The notes under the pieces: generated by a model
Told to the model about the DNA's origin: nothing
Seen by the model: the letters and a program-made list of their open reading frames with translations, nothing else
The model's database searches: none
Program-made: the position numbers and the translations under genes
Origin: a virus
Lineage: Duplodnaviria > Caudoviricetes
Strand: one strand, 5' to 3'
Length of the DNA: 63,019 nt
Virus record (IMG/VR): IMGVR_UViG_3300039668_000014
Location: 1 to 63,019 of that record
Shown: positions 55,508-63,019 of the stretch, piece after piece
Numbering within the stretch: the first letter of the stretch is position 1
Layout: each line of letters begins with the position of its first letter

Positions 55508-56008
55508 TCACAATTTAACACTCCAGTCTTCCTCGGACATCAATACTGAAGTTGCAGCAACAGCATTGTTATTATCCCGCACATGAGGCCGAGTAGCCAT
55601 GCCATCCAGTCGAAACTCTTCCTCCCGCTTTCGCTTTCGATAGGCGGCGTTCTGCTGTCGTATCCACCATAATAGTCCAGACGAGGCGGGGGCAGCATTC
55701 TCCACGGCCTCACCATTGGGCCATCGACCGAAGATTTCAAGGAACTTGTTGGCGCACCATCCACGGGGTTTTTTATAACCGCGGTACTCCGCGTAGCGCC
55801 TGAGACCAGCGTAAGTTTTATGCCTGGCTTCGTAGGAACTAACCCCATCACCATCCGCCCATGTTAGCCCGCCGCCATGCTTGCGGCTACGGATGATTCT
55901 AATCTTTTTTGCCCCACAATTACTACAGGAATATAATATCCCCTTCTTCAGCGGCTTGACCTCGCGCTGCCGACCGCAGCAGAAGCATAACAATAATGCC
56001 ATTTTCAT
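55508..56008 (-). CDS. Zn-finger protein resembling the C-terminal domain of phage helicases
   Basis: CFCC..CSNC; YAEYRGYK..GW....F..IFGRWP. Confidence 0.5.
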   Translation of the reverse strand: MKMALLLCFCCGRQREVKPLKKGILYSCSNCGAKKIRIIRSRKHGGGLTWADGDGVSSYEARHKTYAGLRRYAEYRGYKKPRGWCANKFLEIFGRWPNGEAVENAAPASSGLLWWIRQQNAAYRKRKREEEFRLDGMATRPHVRDNNNAVAATSVLMSEEDWSVKL

Positions 56009-56508
56009 TAACCAGCCGGTAGAGAAAAGTTCTTCAATGGTACTTCAGCCGCTACATCTTCAATCGGCACAACGCGGCCTGCCGTTTTATTTTTCTCTTT
56101 CATTTGAAACCGCGCAAACCCCTCCAATCGCTCCCAAAACCATTTTTGCAGGCAAGGAAAGTCTATCCACCAACAATCAAGCTGACCTTGTTCTGTTTCA
56201 AAGCAGTAAAGCAGCCTATCGCTTCTACTATAACACATCCAACCGGGGCTTTCGTGATCAAGCACGGTGCAACTATCGGTCTCTAGCGTAAATGCCTCAT
56301 ATTTGTATCCGGGCCAACGAACGACCTTTTCCTCAACATTTACGACGTGCCTGTTATCATGCCGTATCAATATCGTATCGATTCCTAACCCTTGGAACTC
56401 TCGCAGCGTGTCTACGCAAGTTACATTCGCAAAACTCTCGTACCAAGGTAAAATATAACGTTCTCGTTTTTCGCGTTGAAACATGTCATCCGCAGCGAAC
56501 TCGTTCAT
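56008..56508 (-). CDS. hypothetical protein, possible PD-(D/E)xK fold
   Basis: QGLGID...VEEK...LET...PGW. Confidence 0.45.
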   Translation of the reverse strand: MNEFAADDMFQREKRERYILPWYESFANVTCVDTLREFQGLGIDTILIRHDNRHVVNVEEKVVRWPGYKYEAFTLETDSCTVLDHESPGWMCYSRSDRLLYCFETEQGQLDCWWIDFPCLQKWFWERLEGFARFQMKEKNKTAGRVVPIEDVAAEVPLKNFSLPAG

Positions 56509-57437
56509 TCGGCCGCCTCACTCATTTCGCTAAATAAATTAGTAAAATCGGCCCTTCCTTCGCGTTGGAATATCTCACCATAGAGCTCGTATGATGCTTT
56601 GCGCACAATGTCATAGAAGATCGGGGGCTTTGCGCTATGCTCGGTGACGGGGGCTTCGAAATGCGTGGCAATGCTGTCCGACCGAGTACGCAATTCGCCG
56701 CGGACTCCGAATAGGACGTGCTCGGTTGAATTGCGGAAATACGACCCAAGGCCCCAACGTGGCTTAACCCAGGTCAGAACCGTTTTATGTTGGAAACCCC
56801 AGCGCGCCATAAGCTCAACGGCGCGCGTCATAAAATTATTGGTTGTCCACAAATACAGATGACAATTATCTTCAGCCCATTGGGCCACATCGAGCGCCAA
56901 TAGCTGCGCGTGGGTCATCGTGGCATAACCCGGCGACGCGCGGCCAGCGATCGATAGCCATTCGTAGTCCCAGGGCGGATCGATCACGAGAGTGCGGAAT
57001 CGGCCCATGCGTGGAACGAGCGCACGTACCCGCATCTCATCGCGCGCCTTGGAAATAAGACGGTTTTCTTTGGCCACATCCTTCCGCTGCATTTCGGGAC
57101 GAATAGTTCCATCGTCTATCTTAGCTTGGAAAACATCGTCCGGCAGACGGGTGAGTTCGGCTAACGTACCCCAATGGGGCGGCAAAATTCCAACATGTTG
57201 GAGTTTTACCAAGCGTTCATCCGCGGCAATTCGCATTAAGGCGGCAGACGTGCTTTTTTTGAAAGGCAATTCTGTTTCAATCAATTTCATCCATTCGCCA
57301 TGCCCTAGCTCTTCTTTCGCGGCGATAAGCAGGCGGCCACATTCGATGATGCCCTCAAAACTTGATTGCCACGCAGTTCGAATCCGATCTGCCCATAATG
57401 ATGCGGCTATAGGCATGGTCTTCAACGCGTTCTCCAT
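56505..57437 (-). CDS. MT-A70 family adenine methyltransferase with DUF3102-like N-domain
   Basis: IDPPW, HLYLWTTN, WGF, TWVK, EHSAKP; GRLLIAAK..LGHGEW. Confidence 0.88.
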   Translation of the reverse strand: MENALKTMPIAASLWADRIRTAWQSSFEGIIECGRLLIAAKEELGHGEWMKLIETELPFKKSTSAALMRIAADERLVKLQHVGILPPHWGTLAELTRLPDDVFQAKIDDGTIRPEMQRKDVAKENRLISKARDEMRVRALVPRMGRFRTLVIDPPWDYEWLSIAGRASPGYATMTHAQLLALDVAQWAEDNCHLYLWTTNNFMTRAVELMARWGFQHKTVLTWVKPRWGLGSYFRNSTEHVLFGVRGELRTRSDSIATHFEAPVTEHSAKPPIFYDIVRKASYELYGEIFQREGRADFTNLFSEMSEAAE

Positions 57438-57612
57438 ATACCCCTCCCCTCCCCTCCCGCTCCCGCGGTGGAAGGTTTAAAACCACCAGGCTTGCTCCAC
57501 TTTACTTCGCTTAGAAGCTGCTAAGAGGTTGTCCGAGGGTTGAGTAACCGTTTACTCTTTGCCCGACGTCTTGCTCCTAACTAGCCGCTAGTTCCTTTGG
57601 CGTTTCGAAAAT

Positions 57613-58116
57613 TCAAATTGTCGGTTTGTAGCCCTCCCTGATTAAAGCCTGGGCCAGCTTGTCGTGGCGCATGCCACGCAAGGCTGCTTGATGGCGTTGG
57701 GTCTTGGTTACTGCAGGATAGCTCTTGGCCGCCGCGGCCGCTCTTCGCTTGAGCAGCGACTTCATGCCACTTTCACCGTGGAATTTCGTGGCGCCAAGCG
57801 CCTTGTTGGAAACTTGCCGCCCGCGGGGGTGTGGAACCTTGTAGTACGAGCAATAGCGGGTCAGGCCGTAAAGCACTGAGGTCCTGTCGGCGTCCAGAGC
57901 CTTGGCTATAACCGATGTGGTGGCAGTGGTCTCGGAACAGGCGCGGTAATAGAACTCGAATCGGGCGGCGGATATAATGCCGTGGCGGCGCCAGCAACGT
58001 ATATCCTCGAGGGATATATCATATTTCTTGATTATTTCCCGTAATATAGTCCATAATGCGGGAACGCTATTGCTTTTTGGGGAATTAGAATGTAAATACT
58101 CTTTACATATTTCCAT
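57613..58116 (-). CDS. DnaA C-terminal-like HTH protein
   Basis: AARFEFYY...IAKALDADRTSVLYG. Confidence 0.6.
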   Translation of the reverse strand: MEICKEYLHSNSPKSNSVPALWTILREIIKKYDISLEDIRCWRRHGIISAARFEFYYRACSETTATTSVIAKALDADRTSVLYGLTRYCSYYKVPHPRGRQVSNKALGATKFHGESGMKSLLKRRAAAAAKSYPAVTKTQRHQAALRGMRHDKLAQALIREGYKPTI

Positions 58117-58271
58117 GGCGTGCCCTAACACGTTGTGGACCGCTCTCAAGGTGAGAGCAGGGCGCCGAGGGAACCCAGCCCTTCGGCGCCTTCTAATTTG
58201 GCACGAGTCAATGGCGTTTGCAAGCACTAGGGCTAGTAGTATCCCGCAAAGTGGTATACTATGTCTAGTAC

Positions 58272-58415
58272 ATGACCCAACGGGCCATATTCACCATTCG
58301 GCTCGAAGCGCCGCCAGGTGCCACCGACATCCACGCCCTCCGCGCAATCCTGAAAACCCTATTAAGGCGATTTGGCTTCCGCTGCCTTGATGCGCGGGAA
58401 GAGCCGGCAGAATAA
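58272..58415 (+). CDS. small hypothetical protein (47 aa, not in the ORF track)
   Basis: MTQRAIFTIRLEAPPG...LRAILKTLLRRFGFRC. Confidence 0.5.
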   Translation: MTQRAIFTIRLEAPPGATDIHALRAILKTLLRRFGFRCLDAREEPAE

Positions 58416-58488
58416 ATAATGGCTCCGTAGCGCATGTTTGCTATTGACAAGGCCATTATCCCTGTTATTCGTAATATTAGATAAGCGC

Positions 58489-58578
58489 GGCGTGGCTGGG
58501 CTAGGCCCGGCAGGGTAGGGCGCGGCGCGGCTGGGCAGGGCAAGGCCAGGCAGGGCGTGGCTAGGCAAGGCAAGGCAA
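58489..58578 (+). repeat. GGY-NN pentamer array 1 (18 units; putative guide RNA)
   Basis: NN = GT TG TA CC AG AG GC GC TG AG AA CA AG GT TA AA AA AA. Confidence 0.9.
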
Positions 58579-58620
58579 GCGATGAAGAAGCGGCGGCATA
58601 AGATTAAACGAGTTCGACGC

Positions 58621-58745
58621 GGCTCGGCCGGGCGCGGTGCGGCCGGGCGGGGCCGGGCGGGGCCTAGCAAGGCTGGGCCGGGCGGGGCTTGGCACGGCTG
58701 GGCAAGGCAGGGCACGGCCCGGCACGGCGGGGCTAGGCAAGGCAA
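58621..58745 (+). repeat. GGY-NN pentamer array 2 (25 units; putative guide RNA)
   Basis: NN = TC CG GC GC CG GG CG GG CT AA TG CG GG TT AC TG AA AG AC CC AC GG TA AA AA; one AGC variant. Confidence 0.9.
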
Positions 58746-58765
58746 GCAACTTTTAACCATGGGAG

Positions 58766-59371
58766 ATGACTATGCTGGACGTGCTGACAAGCAAGGCACT
58801 CGATATCGTAACGAGAAAGGTCGTTCTGGTCGGGCTCACCGACATCATGATGGACAGATATCCGGGGGACAACAACACCAAGCTGGAGCCGCACCAGAAG
58901 CTCTATTTAGAACCGGGCAATTCCAGAATTATTGGAATTCCGGCGCTGAATATTATGTCGTTTCTTTCGGCGCACAACACAAATTCTGCACCGAAGCGCC
59001 TACGCGACAAGCGAAAATATAAAGACCTAGCCAACGCAATGCTGTCGTTTGTGTCAATACGGGAGCAATTTATTCCATTAGTGCGTGCTGGCAAGCCTAT
59101 CGTCTTTGGCAAGTTCGATGCCGACAAGGACGAGAAAAGCGGTTGCTATGTCCACCGCAGCGTGGCGCGGCTGGACAAGGGAATACCCAACCCGAAGGTA
59201 AGGCCGGTTATTCCATTGGAATGGGTGCTGAACTTCACTGTGGATATCTTTCCAAATCGGGAAATCAAGGAACAGGATATTATTAACCTATTCGATGAGG
59301 GCGGCCGGGCGATCGGTCTCGGGACTTTCCGGGGGGTCTTCGGAAAATTCAGAATCGAGGAATGGGCTTAG
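58766..59371 (+). CDS. stand-alone RAMP/Cas7-like protein
   Basis: N-terminal strand LVGLTDIMM, GIPALNI, RPVI..W.L.F, C-terminal Gly-rich loop GGRAIGLGTFRGVFGKF. Confidence 0.65.
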   Translation: MTMLDVLTSKALDIVTRKVVLVGLTDIMMDRYPGDNNTKLEPHQKLYLEPGNSRIIGIPALNIMSFLSAHNTNSAPKRLRDKRKYKDLANAMLSFVSIREQFIPLVRAGKPIVFGKFDADKDEKSGCYVHRSVARLDKGIPNPKVRPVIPLEWVLNFTVDIFPNREIKEQDIINLFDEGGRAIGLGTFRGVFGKFRIEEWA

Positions 59372-59379
59372 CGGAGCGA

Positions 59380-59459
59380 GGCGCGGCTGGGCATGGCGTG
59401 GCGGGGCGAGGCTGTGCCGGGCAAGGCCGGGCATGGCTCGGCGAGGCAAGGCAAGGCTA
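59380..59459 (+). repeat. GGY-NN pentamer array 3 (16 units; putative guide RNA)
   Basis: NN = GC TG AT GT GG GA TG CG AA CG AT TC GA AA AA TA; one TGC variant; degenerate in-phase units from 59365. Confidence 0.9.
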
Positions 59460-59465
59460 GCAAGT

Positions 59466-59675
59466 ATGACTGTTCGCACCATTCGAGTGGTCCCGCATCA
59501 AGAAGGCTATCGCCTTTATACCGAGAATGGCGAGATCGATGAGGTTGTGGAAGCCAATGCCTTTTTACGGGAAGCAGTGGGTTCCCGCTTACTTGGCTGC
59601 TACTTTCGTGCCGAGCGCAGTGTCGATGGCTGGACTTTCAAATCGCGATGGCGCGGCCGACCTTTATATTGGTGA
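59466..59675 (+). CDS. small hypothetical protein
   Basis: MTVRTIRVVPHQEGYRLY... directly after array 3. Confidence 0.5.
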   Translation: MTVRTIRVVPHQEGYRLYTENGEIDEVVEANAFLREAVGSRLLGCYFRAERSVDGWTFKSRWRGRPLYW

Positions 59676-59697
59676 ACTTAACCATGGGAGAAAGCAG

Positions 59698-60438
59698 ATG
59701 AGTCAGTCCGACCAAACCGACCAGATTTGGGCAGCATTAGCAGCAGCCCAAGGCGCGATGAAAAACGCCGCATTCGATGCCGTAAATCCACATTTCAAGA
59801 ACCGCTATGCCACGCTAGCATCGGTGATAGACACCGCGCGAGAGGGATTATCCAAGGCCGGCATTGCCGTCACCCACACCAATGATGTCGATGGCGAGCA
59901 GGAATATCTCGTTACCACGCTCGGCCATAAGAGCGGGCAGTGGATTCAAAGCCGCCGCCGCGTGCCTGCTGGACTGAAGGCGCAGGAATATGGCGCTTGG
60001 CTGACCTACAATCGGCGCTATGCACTATGCGCCTTGATTGGCATATCGGCCGACGAGGACGATGACGGCAATGTCGCCCAAGCGGCCAGCAATGGCAAGC
60101 AGACTGTAAAAGAGAAATACGGCACGACCCCCCAAGACATATACGAGGACGAGATTCAATATGATGTCGATGGCAATCCCATCGACAATATCCCTTATGG
60201 TAATCCCGCGCTGCAGCAAGTCAGAGGCACAACATCCAAGAAGGAATACGAGACCTTGCAATCAGAAATGAACACCATCACCAGCATAAAGGCCTTAAGG
60301 GAATGGGCAAATCTGACACCGGTCAAGGATCGGGTGCAAACTCTGACAAACGAGCACCAAGAATACATTCGCCGCTTGTACTCAAGCCGCATGAGGGAAC
60401 TCGGCCGGTTAGGCGAAGCAGCCCTCAAAACAGCCTAA
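59698..60438 (+). CDS. erf: ERF-family ssDNA annealing protein
   Basis: NPHFKNRYATL, HKSGQW, GAWLTYNRRYAL, DEDDDGN. Confidence 0.88.
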   Translation: MSQSDQTDQIWAALAAAQGAMKNAAFDAVNPHFKNRYATLASVIDTAREGLSKAGIAVTHTNDVDGEQEYLVTTLGHKSGQWIQSRRRVPAGLKAQEYGAWLTYNRRYALCALIGISADEDDDGNVAQAASNGKQTVKEKYGTTPQDIYEDEIQYDVDGNPIDNIPYGNPALQQVRGTTSKKEYETLQSEMNTITSIKALREWANLTPVKDRVQTLTNEHQEYIRRLYSSRMRELGRLGEAALKTA

Positions 60439-60731
60439 TGTGGCAAAGACTGACGGACTGGGCCGAGCAAGACGAGCGCTATACCCTAGACGGCGAAAGG
60501 CTCGGCCCACACGATATGAAAGAACTCCTGATGGCGGCCTTCAAGCAAGAGGTTCGGCTAACCCCAAGCCTGGACGGTACTCGGATTATCCACCTGAGCC
60601 GCCACACTTCGGGGTTGACTAAGGACGGGATGAACCAGTTCCTTGAGTTCATCGCCGCCGAGGGGACAAAACGGGGTATAATCTTTAAGGATACCCCGCC
60701 AAGCCCGTGGGCGAATTTTAATGGTTGGTAG
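60438..60731 (+). CDS. NinB-like recombination protein
   Basis: MWQRLTD.AEQ, PSLDG, TSGLTK..M..FLEFI.A.G. Confidence 0.7.
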   Translation: MWQRLTDWAEQDERYTLDGERLGPHDMKELLMAAFKQEVRLTPSLDGTRIIHLSRHTSGLTKDGMNQFLEFIAAEGTKRGIIFKDTPPSPWANFNGW

Positions 60732-60738
60732 GTACTAG

Positions 60739-61371
60739 ATGGCCTGGACTTTTCTCCTTATCAGGCACGGCATGACGGCGTTTAATCACGACGACCCGGT
60801 GCGCGACCGTATCCGCGGCTGGGGCAATATGGAACTTTCGGAACTCGGCCAGAAGGAGGCCGTAAGGCTGGCCGATATTGTCAGGAAGCACGCCCCCGTG
60901 GGAATGCTATTTACCAGCGATTTGCCGCGCGCGAGGCAAACGGCACACGTCATAGCCGCGCGTAATAACCTGCCCATGCGGGTAATGATGGATTTCCGGC
61001 CGTGGAATACGGGAGATTTCGTTGGCAAGAGTGCGTCCGAGGTCGTTCCAATATTGACTCGTTATGCCCAGCAGAAGCCCAGCGAGCCGGTGCCTGGTGG
61101 CGAGTCCTTCGATACCTTCCGCTTCAGATTCTTCAGTGGCTTGCTTAAGATACTGCGGGAAGATGAATATGTCGGCATTGTCACGCATCACCGTAATGAA
61201 CGGTTATTAAAGGCCTGGATAAAGGCGGGCAGCCCGCTCGACGGCTCGATTGACGAGGATGAATTCTGCCGCAAGGGTAGCCCGACCGGCCACCATGAAG
61301 TCATAACGTTTTCTGAAAGTCGGTTGGCTAAGGTCGTGGAAATGCGCTCTGGGAGTTGGGAGGAAAAATGA
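60739..61371 (+). CDS. histidine phosphatase family protein
   Basis: LIRHG, SDLPRARQTA, PGGES, VTH. Confidence 0.9.
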   Translation: MAWTFLLIRHGMTAFNHDDPVRDRIRGWGNMELSELGQKEAVRLADIVRKHAPVGMLFTSDLPRARQTAHVIAARNNLPMRVMMDFRPWNTGDFVGKSASEVVPILTRYAQQKPSEPVPGGESFDTFRFRFFSGLLKILREDEYVGIVTHHRNERLLKAWIKAGSPLDGSIDEDEFCRKGSPTGHHEVITFSESRLAKVVEMRSGSWEEK

Positions 61372-61527
61372 AAATCGCCGTGGTAATTTTGGCGCTATTG
61401 GCCCACCACCACCAGCATAAAGATGGGTGTCGGGCCACGAGGCCAGATCAACCGCCCTTCGTGGCCTATTGCAATGGACGTCGCTATTGGTGCGTTCCGC
61501 GTGCGTGGAGTTGCGCGCCAGTAGCTA

Positions 61528-61818
61528 ATGAGCAGAAGTGAGCGGAACATGCACACCGATATGACGCTGGTCTACGGCGCTAAGATCAAGAAATTAGAAG
61601 CCGAGGTCGCCAGATTGCGCGATGAAAACCAGCAATTGCTGGAACAGATAGCACTTCGCCAGCCGAGTGTTATTGAACGCGATATGCAATTAGTCATGCA
61701 AAGCAACAATAAGCTGCGGGCGGCGCTTGAGGAAATAATTCGCAAGTTTGATTATGAGGTAGCGCACGAATTGATTGAGATAGCCCGTAAGGCGCTCGCT
61801 GAGCAGGAGGGGAAATGA
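61528..61818 (+). CDS. coiled-coil hypothetical protein
   Basis: KLRAALEEI...IARKAL. Confidence 0.55.
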   Translation: MSRSERNMHTDMTLVYGAKIKKLEAEVARLRDENQQLLEQIALRQPSVIERDMQLVMQSNNKLRAALEEIIRKFDYEVAHELIEIARKALAEQEGK

Positions 61819-62009
61819 AAATCGAGTGTGAAGTTTTATCGGTTGAAACAACCGGCGATGGCCTAAAGATTGGCTTACAGGGCAAGCCGCCGTCTGCTGC
61901 TGAATGGCGCGATCTTGAACGTCAAGAAATTATAATTCCGGTAGCCAACGGGTCGGCCAAAACATTCTACGTCGGGCGCAGAGTGGTGATAACTGTCCGC
62001 CCTCGCTAA
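61815..62009 (+). CDS. small hypothetical protein
   Basis: AGGAGG RBS. Confidence 0.6.
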   Translation: MKIECEVLSVETTGDGLKIGLQGKPPSAAEWRDLERQEIIIPVANGSAKTFYVGRRVVITVRPR

Positions 62010-62024
62010 TAAGCAGGAGGGGAA

Positions 62025-62321
62025 ATGACAACCAAATCATTACTGACAGATCAGGAGCATCGCACCCTGATACAACAGTTAGCAGCAGAGAACGCCAAGC
62101 TGCGGGCGGCGCGACATGTCGGTCAGAAGAGGTTAATGATGACTTCAATCGAACAACGAGAACAGTGCGCCCTAATCGCCGAGTCATTAGCAAAGGGGCA
62201 GGCGGTTGAAATCGACGGCAAACAAATGTTGCTTGGCAGCATGGCGTTTAACCCATGCGATGCGCAGAAACTTACCGCCATTGCGATAGCAGCGGTTATT
62301 CGCTCGCTAAGGGGAGATTAG
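62025..62321 (+). CDS. small hypothetical protein
   Basis: AGGAGG RBS; EREQCA-like motif. Confidence 0.55.
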   Translation: MTTKSLLTDQEHRTLIQQLAAENAKLRAARHVGQKRLMMTSIEQREQCALIAESLAKGQAVEIDGKQMLLGSMAFNPCDAQKLTAIAIAAVIRSLRGD

Positions 62322-62323
62322 TT

Positions 62324-62515
62324 ATGGCACAGCCCATTGAAATTCCCCGCATTGATGTGCTGCCGGTTCTGGATGACCGGAAAATGGTTCTGTTGTTTGA
62401 CTTGTGGGTAGCCGGGAAATGGGTGGGTTCGCGCCGCACCGTCGAGCAATGCAAGGATTGGCTTTCCTATTTGTGCGGGGCGCCGATTGAGGCTTGTCCC
62501 GGCACAGCTTGGTAA
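62324..62515 (+). CDS. small hypothetical protein
   Basis: GGAG RBS; WVGSRRT. Confidence 0.5.
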   Translation: MAQPIEIPRIDVLPVLDDRKMVLLFDLWVAGKWVGSRRTVEQCKDWLSYLCGAPIEACPGTAW

Positions 62516-62575
62516 TGAAGGATTAACGACATGGAATCGCGCGCCTCGGCGGCTTTCAGGGGCTGGAGAAGTGAA

Positions 62576-62881
62576 ATGATAAATCATCCAAACCGGAGCA
62601 AGAAGAACAGCGAGCGAGCCGTCGTGGTTACGACAAGCCACCGGGGCGTGTTCTTCGGATATGCCCACGACGTTGACGGGGCGATCATCAAGCTCCGTGC
62701 GGCACGAAACTGCATCTATTGGTCGTCAACCATCAAGGGCTTTATGGGGCTTGCCGCCACCGGCCCGAATAAGGATTGCAAGGTCGGTCCCGCCACCGAC
62801 ATTTCGCTCCGTGATATTACGAGCGTGATGGAGTGCTCCCCGCAGGCTATCCAAGCCTGGGAGGATGCGCCATGGAAGTAA
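62576..62881 (+). CDS. DUF6948-like protein
   Basis: VVVTTSHRGVFFG...LRAARNCIYW...GLAATGP; precedes the GYG-repeat gene. Confidence 0.65.
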   Translation: MINHPNRSKKNSERAVVVTTSHRGVFFGYAHDVDGAIIKLRAARNCIYWSSTIKGFMGLAATGPNKDCKVGPATDISLRDITSVMECSPQAIQAWEDAPWK

Positions 62882-63019
62882 CGGTATTGCGAGGCGAGCC
62901 AAGTAAGCTCTCCGGCTACGGCGACGGCTCCGGCGACGGCTACGGCGACGGCTACGGCGACGGCTCCGGCGACGGCTCCGGCTACGGCGACGGCTACGGC
63001 TACGGCGACGGCTCCGGCT
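62872..63019 (+). CDS. N-terminal part of Gly-Tyr/Gly-Asp repeat protein (runs off the end)
   Basis: MEVTVLRGEPSKLSGYGDGSGDGYGDG... Confidence 0.75.
   Translation, partial: MEVTVLRGEPSKLSGYGDGSGDGYGDGYGDGSGDGSGYGDGYGYGDGSG

Noticed and set aside
58444-58477. Sigma70 promoter for array 1 (TTGACA at 58444)
   Set aside because: No convincing -10 at 16-18 nt spacing; plausible but not called
58362-59022. ORFs 58362-58760(-), 58561-58749(-), 58582-59022(+) and 59288-59482(-) with PCLA/ARHG repeats
   Set aside because: By-products of the stop-poor pentamer arrays; a 5-nt period is not a coding periodicity
58489-59459. Canonical CRISPR array
   Set aside because: No 25-45 nt direct repeats with unique spacers, and no cas1/cas2
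1-63019. tRNA, rRNA, IS elements, reverse transcriptase/DGR
   Set aside because: None recognised by eye; tRNAscan-SE and Infernal would be needed to exclude them

Overview
The window looks like a near-complete, circularly permuted ~63 kb tailed phage genome with a P22-like (podovirus) virion module. Both ends break inside one Gly/Tyr/Asp-repeat gene. An alphaproteobacterial host is inferred from gene content only. A long leftward late region (~7-49 kb) encodes an expanded lysis cassette, ejection proteins, gp10/gp4-like tail proteins, P22-type coat, scaffold, an intein-containing portal and TerL, then ~16 kb of tailspike/fibre/secreted genes with two O-antigen-ligase-like genes before a TerS-like gene. 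Accessory regions carry four glycosyltransferases, a sulfotransferase, a UbiA/DprE1-like/GT-C module, a CmcI-type methyltransferase, two DNA methyltransferases, a NusG paralog, ERF and NinB. The strongest candidate for a novel system is at 58.5-59.5 kb: a lone RAMP/Cas7-like gene flanked by three arrays of GGY-NN pentamers (constant GGC, variable dinucleotide, shared 3' tail), which look like guide RNAs with a gapped code. Second is a putative phage-encoded periplasmic glycosylation system acting on signal-peptide-bearing virion proteins. No integrase, DNA polymerase, primase, tRNA or canonical CRISPR array was recognised. All family assignments come from motif recognition by eye; no searches were run.
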